Part shown: in pieces, positions 59,150 through 64,000 of the stretch
How positions within the stretch are numbered: position 1 is the first letter of the stretch
Layout: the number at the start of each line of letters is the position of its first letter
Translations under genes and position numbers: made by a program
Source of the DNA: Alphaproteobacteria bacterium
GTDB lineage: Bacteria > Pseudomonadota > Alphaproteobacteria > SP197
Assembly (NCBI GenBank): GCA_965213815.1
Contig: OZ243917.1
Coordinates: 1,626,832 to 1,690,831, forward strand
Reading direction: 5' to 3'
DNA length: 64,000 bases
The notes under the pieces: generated by a model
The model's input: the letters and a program-made list of their open reading frames with translations, nothing else
What the model was told of the DNA's origin: nothing
Database searches by the model: none

Positions 59150-60469
59150 TCAGATGTCCTCTGGAAGGACCTGGTTCAGCACGATGGCGATGATGGCGGT
59201 GGGCAGCAGGCCGGAGACGGCCATGGTGTGGAGGACGCCGGGCAGGTACTGGACTGCCGTGGGGACCAGATTGAGGCCGAGTCCGAAGGCAAGGGAAACG
59301 GCGATGATCACCATGTTCCGGCGGTTCATGGTGACTTCCGCCAGCATGTTGAGGCCGGCGGCGGCTACCATGCCGAACATCACGATCACGCCACCGCCGA
59401 GCACCGGCAGAGGCATGGAGGCGATCACCGCGCCGATCTTCGGCAGGAATCCGCACACAACGAGGATGATGGCGCCGATCGTGACCACATGGCGGCTCAT
59501 GATTCCGGTCATGCCGACGATGCCGACGTTCTGGCTGAACGACGTGTTGGGAAGGCCGCCGAAGACGGATGCCACCGCGGTCCCGAGACCGTCGGCGTAG
59601 GTTGCGCCGGCAATCTCCTTGTCGGTGGCGTCGCGATTGGCGCCCGCCTTTGCCGTGGCCGACGTGTCACCGACGGTCTCCACAGCCGAGACGATGCAGA
59701 TCAGTGTCACCGCAATGATCGCGCCAAGGCTGAATTCCAGTCCGTGGGGGAAGACGTCGGGGATGGCGATGAAGCCTGCCTTCTCCACCGGAGCAAAGCT
59801 CACCATGCCGAGGATGAGCGCCAGGATGTAGCCCGCCATGAGGCCGACCAGCACCGCAGCAGCCGAGACGATCCCGCGGCAGTAGAACTTGGCGACGATG
59901 GCCACAATGACGACGACCAGTGCGACCGACCAGTGCTCCAGTGAACCGAAGCTCTCCGCCTCCATCTGGAATGTCGCAGCACCCCCTGCGGCGTACTTGA
60001 CGGCCACGGGGATGAGATAGAGGCCGATCGCCAGGATCACCAACCCTGTCACGAGAGGCGGAAAGAGGAAACGGATGCGGCCGATGATGGCGCCGAACCC
60101 GAAATGGATGATGCCTCCCACGAGGCACGCGGTCAGAGCGACGCCGAGGCCTTCCGTGGCTGCAATAGCCGTCAGCACCGAGACAAAGGCAAAACTGGTT
60201 CCCTGCATGATCGGTAGACGGGATCCGACCGGGCCAACACCAACGGTCTGAAAGAGGGTGGCGATACCCGCAAAGAGCATGGCCATCTGGATGAGATAAA
60301 CCTGTTCGGTGCCCCCGAAGGCAAGACCTGCAGCACCGGCAACGAGGATGGAGGGAGTGATGTTGGAGGCGAACATCGCCAGCACGTGTTGCAGGCCAAG
60401 CGGTATTGCCACGGCCAGCGGCGGTGTGACGTCAGGGTTCGTGTAGCGATCCTCTGCCTGGTCGGTCAT
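59150..60469 (-). CDS. NCS2-family nucleobase:cation symporter (xanthine/uracil permease-like).
   Basis: NCS2 motifs; 12-14 TM helices. Confidence 0.8.
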   Translation of the reverse strand: MTDQAEDRYTNPDVTPPLAVAIPLGLQHVLAMFASNITPSILVAGAAGLAFGGTEQVYLIQMAMLFAGIATLFQTVGVGPVGSRLPIMQGTSFAFVSVLTAIAATEGLGVALTACLVGGIIHFGFGAIIGRIRFLFPPLVTGLVILAIGLYLIPVAVKYAAGGAATFQMEAESFGSLEHWSVALVVVIVAIVAKFYCRGIVSAAAVLVGLMAGYILALILGMVSFAPVEKAGFIAIPDVFPHGLEFSLGAIIAVTLICIVSAVETVGDTSATAKAGANRDATDKEIAGATYADGLGTAVASVFGGLPNTSFSQNVGIVGMTGIMSRHVVTIGAIILVVCGFLPKIGAVIASMPLPVLGGGVIVMFGMVAAAGLNMLAEVTMNRRNMVIIAVSLAFGLGLNLVPTAVQYLPGVLHTMAVSGLLPTAIIAIVLNQVLPEDI

Positions 60470-60628
60470 GTCTCTGGATGCTCCTTCGCGATCGCTCCGG
60501 TTTCTGCACCGGCATCATGAACGTCGCAAGGCGGATTGTCACATGGGTTCATCATGCCGCCGGGTCATCCTTGCACAGAAATTCGGGATGCCGTCTACTC
60601 TGTTGGTGTCAAGGATTGTCTACCAGCG

Positions 60629-62152
60629 ATGTTCAACCTTGCCAGCAACCTGGAGAGTGCCGCCGCGAGTTTCCCGGAGCGCGAGGCCATCGTTTTCGGC
60701 GGGCGGCGGCGGACCTATGCGGAGATGGAGGAGGAAGCCAGCCAGGTGGCCAGCGGGCTGTATCGCGCCGGTGTTCGCGCGGGGGATCACGTGGCCCTGG
60801 TCTGCCCCAACCGACCGGAGTTCGTGACCTGCTATTTCGGCATTCTCAAGCTTGGCGCCGTGGTCGTGTGTGTCAGTGCGTTGTTGAAGGCCCGGGAGAT
60901 CGCCTACCAGCTCGACCATTCCGATGCGGTGGCCATGATCGCCTATGGTGGTGAAGACATGACGATTGGACACCAAGCTCGTGAAGCCTTCGGTCAGGTC
61001 GGGGCCTGTCGCAATGCCTGGTTCATCGCGCCTCCAACGGAACTGATGAGCTATGACGATCTCGTCGAGAATGAGGACAGGGAGTTCGAGAGCGCAGCCG
61101 TATCCGGTGAGGCGACGGCCGTCATCCTCTACACGTCGGGCACGACTGGGTACCCCCGGGGCGCTGAACTCAGCCATGCCAACATCATCATGAACGTCAT
61201 GGCGCTGGCCCGGGTCAGGCCGCCTGTCGAGGAAGGCGGAAAGACCCTGATCGCGCTGCCGCTCTTCCACGTCATGGCGCAGACCTGTGCCATGCATCTT
61301 GCCATCTACAACGCCATGACAATTGTCCTGGTCCAGCGGTTCAGGGCGGCAGAGGTGATCCGGCTCATGCTGAAGGAGGGCATTACCGGTCTCCACGGCG
61401 TACCGACGATGTACCGGGCCATTCTTGACTGCGAGGAGACGACGCAAGAGGAGAAGATGATGTTGGCCAAACAGCTCGAATCATTCTCGGCCGGTGGTGC
61501 GTCCCTGCCTCCTGAATTGCAGAAGGAGTGCATGGAGACCTATTCCATCAGCATGTCGAATGGATACGGCGCCACGGAGACCTCGCCTGCCTCGTGTTTT
61601 CACCAGACAAGCGGTGCGATCCCTCTTGGCTCTGTGGGCACCGCTGCCTGGGGTGTCCGGCTGAAAATCGTGGACGGGACGGGCGGTGGCGTGCCGGCAG
61701 GAGAGGTCGGTGAACTCCTCGTACGCGGCCATTGTGTCATGAAGGGCTACTACAAGGACCCGCAGGCGACCGCCGAGGCGATCCGGGGCGGCTGGTATCA
61801 CACCGGTGATCTGGCCAGAATGGATACCGAGGGCCACCTCTTCATTGTCGGGCGCAAGAAGGAGATGATCATCCGCGGCGGATTCAACGTTTACCCGGCG
61901 GAGGTCGAAGGAGTCCTCCTGGAACATCCGGCCATCTCACAGGCAGCTGTCGTCGGTGTGCTAGATCCGGTCTACGGGGAAGAGGTGAAGGCGTTTGTCA
62001 CCACGAGGCCGGGATCGTCACTCGACGCGGCTGACGTCGTCAACTGGGCACGGAGTGCAATGGCGGCTCACAAGTATCCCCGCCTTGTCGAATTCAGGGA
62101 GACCCTGCCACTCGGTCCCACCGGCAAGATTCTCAAGAGGATGCTCAAGTGA
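60629..62152 (+). CDS. AMP-binding acyl-CoA synthetase (fatty-acid-CoA ligase-like; LYTSGTTGYPRGAELSHANI).
   Basis: AMP-binding motifs. Start at MFNLASNL, internal to the track ORF. Confidence 0.8.
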   Translation: MFNLASNLESAAASFPEREAIVFGGRRRTYAEMEEEASQVASGLYRAGVRAGDHVALVCPNRPEFVTCYFGILKLGAVVVCVSALLKAREIAYQLDHSDAVAMIAYGGEDMTIGHQAREAFGQVGACRNAWFIAPPTELMSYDDLVENEDREFESAAVSGEATAVILYTSGTTGYPRGAELSHANIIMNVMALARVRPPVEEGGKTLIALPLFHVMAQTCAMHLAIYNAMTIVLVQRFRAAEVIRLMLKEGITGLHGVPTMYRAILDCEETTQEEKMMLAKQLESFSAGGASLPPELQKECMETYSISMSNGYGATETSPASCFHQTSGAIPLGSVGTAAWGVRLKIVDGTGGGVPAGEVGELLVRGHCVMKGYYKDPQATAEAIRGGWYHTGDLARMDTEGHLFIVGRKKEMIIRGGFNVYPAEVEGVLLEHPAISQAAVVGVLDPVYGEEVKAFVTTRPGSSLDAADVVNWARSAMAAHKYPRLVEFRETLPLGPTGKILKRMLK

Positions 62153-62282
62153 AAAGTGCGTTGGCGCTGCATTGCGTATCGGGGCAGGTGCCAATCCGGG
62201 CTGCAGCGTGTCGTCGTTCAAGATCGCTTTCGGCACCTCTTGCACGATAGCATGATCGAGTCATGTGCATGCGATGGCGGGA

Positions 62283-62560
62283 TGTTGATGAAGACAACCC
62301 TCAATCTGAATGATCAGGTTCTACGTCAGGCCAGGGATCGGGCGGCCCGTGAAGGGATTACGCTGACGAGGTTCGTCGAAGACGCTCTGCGGGATGGCAA
62401 GGCGCCGTCCCGCATGCCACTGAAGTCCGTGAAGGGGGATCGGTCGCCCAATCTCGATATCTGCGACCGAGACGCACTCTACGATGTGATCGCGTCTGAT
62501 AGGGACGTTCTGATGATGCACATCGAGTCGAGACGGCATCGACGGGATTCTGAAACATGA
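62283..62560 (+). CDS. VapB-like (ribbon-helix-helix/DUF2191-type) antitoxin homologue (MKTTLNLNDQVLRQARDRAAREGITLTRFVEDALR...). No cognate PIN toxin follows.
   Basis: N-terminal antitoxin motif. Confidence 0.45.
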
Positions 62561-62663
62561 CAGGAGTTTCCACCGGTTTGATGATTTGCAGGATCAGCAC
62601 CTCTATAACGGCGCGCATGCGGGGCTTGGCTGACGGATTGGACTTCTCCCGGGGTGTGATGTG

Positions 62664-64000
62664 ATGGCAACTGTAGCGGACTACATCGTGATTGGTGCGG
62701 GTTCCTCGGGATGCGTGCTCGCAAACCGGTTGAGTGAGGATCCGGATGTGGCGGTGAAGGTCCTGGAGGCCGGCCCGTCGGATCGCAGCCTGTGGTTGCT
62801 GCGCATGCCGGCGGCGGCATGGCTGATCATCAACGGCAGGCGATACAACTGGCGGTACTTCTCCGAGCCCGAGCCGGGCATGAACAACCGTCGGCTCCTC
62901 TATCCGCGGGGCAAGGTCCTGGGCGGATCGTCATCGATCAACGGCATGGTGTATCTCAGGGGCAATCCCCTGGACTACGACCATTGGGCCACCAATCGTC
63001 TCGACAATTGGTCGTTCGCTCACTGTCTTCCCTACTTCCGGAAAATGGAGAAGACCGACCGGGGCGACGATTCCTTCCGCGGTCGTGACGGTCCTCTGGA
63101 AATCACCGTGGGCGGTGACAGCAGCCCCCTCTACCAGGCCTATGTTGATGCGGGCCAGCAGGCTGGGTACCCGTTCACCGATGATGTGAACGGCTATCGT
63201 CAGGAAGGGGTCTTCTTCATGGAACGCACGGTGCTGGGCGGTGTACGCAATTCGGCGGCGCGCGCCTGGCTTCATCCTGCACTCCATCGCCCCAACCTCG
63301 AGGCCCTTACCAACGCCACAATCAACCGCATTCTCTTCGATGGCAGTCGTGCGGTCGGTGTCGAGTACGTCCAGGGCGGACGATCAAAGACCATGCGGGC
63401 TGAACGAGGCATTGTCCTCAGTGCCGGCACCTTCAACTCTCCGCAAATTCTCCTGCGTTCTGGGATTGGTGATGCCGATGAATTGAAGCAGCACGGTATC
63501 GATGTGGTGAGTCATTTGCCAGGCGTTGGCCGCAATCTCCAGGACCATCTCGACTGGACCATTCAGTGGCAGTGCAAGCAGCCGGTCTCCCACTACAGTG
63601 CGACGAAGCCCCTTGGTCAGGCCCTGGCCGGCGTGGAGTGGTTGCTGGCGAAGCGGGGTGTCGCAGCCTCCAACCTTTTCGAGGCCGGCGGCTACTTTCG
63701 CAGCCGTCCGGGCATCGAGTACCCCAACATCCAGCATCACTTCGTCGCCGCCGCCATGAGTTATGATGGCACGGTGCCCTGCAAGGAACACGCCTTCCAG
63801 ATCCACATCAGCCAGATGCGCCCGACCAGTCGGGGCAGCGTGCGTCTGAAGTCTGCCGATCCCTTCGATCCCCCACGCATCCGGTTCAACCACCTTGAAA
63901 CCGAGAATGACCGCCTTGAATTCCGGGAGGGACTCGAACTCACGCGCGAAATCGCCGCCCAGCAAGCCTTCGCACCCTACCGTGGACGGGAACTCGCTCC
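62664..64000 (+). CDS. GMC-family FAD oxidoreductase (choline dehydrogenase BetA-like). Partial; it runs off the right edge.
   Basis: GAGSSGCVLANRLSEDP FAD-binding motif; GMC signatures. No stop within the window, so it is absent from the ORF track. Confidence 0.8.
   Translation, partial: MATVADYIVIGAGSSGCVLANRLSEDPDVAVKVLEAGPSDRSLWLLRMPAAAWLIINGRRYNWRYFSEPEPGMNNRRLLYPRGKVLGGSSSINGMVYLRGNPLDYDHWATNRLDNWSFAHCLPYFRKMEKTDRGDDSFRGRDGPLEITVGGDSSPLYQAYVDAGQQAGYPFTDDVNGYRQEGVFFMERTVLGGVRNSAARAWLHPALHRPNLEALTNATINRILFDGSRAVGVEYVQGGRSKTMRAERGIVLSAGTFNSPQILLRSGIGDADELKQHGIDVVSHLPGVGRNLQDHLDWTIQWQCKQPVSHYSATKPLGQALAGVEWLLAKRGVAASNLFEAGGYFRSRPGIEYPNIQHHFVAAAMSYDGTVPCKEHAFQIHISQMRPTSRGSVRLKSADPFDPPRIRFNHLETENDRLEFREGLELTREIAAQQAFAPYRGRELA

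Noticed and set aside
1-64000. CRISPR arrays and rRNA.
   Set aside because: I saw no regularly spaced direct repeats of 25-40 bp and no rRNA-like conserved stretches. The only tandem repeats are the 21-bp x3 in SLP1 and the 2015-bp intron duplication.

Overview
This is a high-GC (about 62-65%) Gram-negative sequence, probably alphaproteobacterial; its porins resemble the Rhodobacter-type porins ending in F. It is an accessory-genome mosaic dense with mobile elements and variable surface structures. From left to right: (1) a decayed defence/toxin-antitoxin stretch (1-12.4 kb): partial XRE-HTH/ImmA-IrrE regulator, patatin-like pseudogene, two identical tandem group II introns, two IS21 istA fragments fused head to head at a palindrome, AbiEii-like pseudogene, intact hipBA, and an orphan 570-aa protein with a C-terminal PD-(D/E)xK nuclease motif. 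(2) Housekeeping-like genes (HAMP class-III nucleotidyl cyclase, AmpG permease) and a MobF/TrwC-type relaxase. (3) An IS junkyard (19-29.4 kb): a solo ISAzo13 end, a 2.4-kb IS, an ISAs1-family element, an IS5/IS1182-like element with an 8-bp target duplication, and a complete ISAzo13-family IS. The last two insertions shred one tyrosine-integrase gene. (4) A Slam-type surface-lipoprotein island (21.9-46.6 kb): four TbpB-like surface lipoproteins (one a metzincin), a NalP-like subtilisin autotransporter lipoprotein whose signal peptide is frameshifted, a Slam translocator (TPR + DUF560 barrel), degenerate group II introns, and an XerD-like recombinase next to a surface-lipoprotein copy that has lost its start codon. 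(5) The most striking structure (47.5-59.1 kb): three paralogous two-gene cassettes (porin then sulfotransferase). Only one cassette has a promoter, RBS, start codon and signal peptide. The other two are inverted relative to it and begin exactly at a shared 15-bp core, CCACTGGTGTGGCCG, inside the signal-peptide codons. Two tandem tyrosine integrases lie on the segment between the expressed cassette and the nearest silent one. The architecture is that of a promoter-inversion switch (shufflon or C. fetus sap-like) for a porin/sulfotransferase pair; I am not aware of this being described. A fourth, degenerate sulfotransferase remnant sits at 18.85-19.14 kb. (6) The right end carries ordinary genes: NCS2 nucleobase permease, acyl-CoA synthetase, an orphan VapB-like antitoxin and a partial GMC oxidoreductase. 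I saw no rRNA, tRNA or CRISPR arrays.
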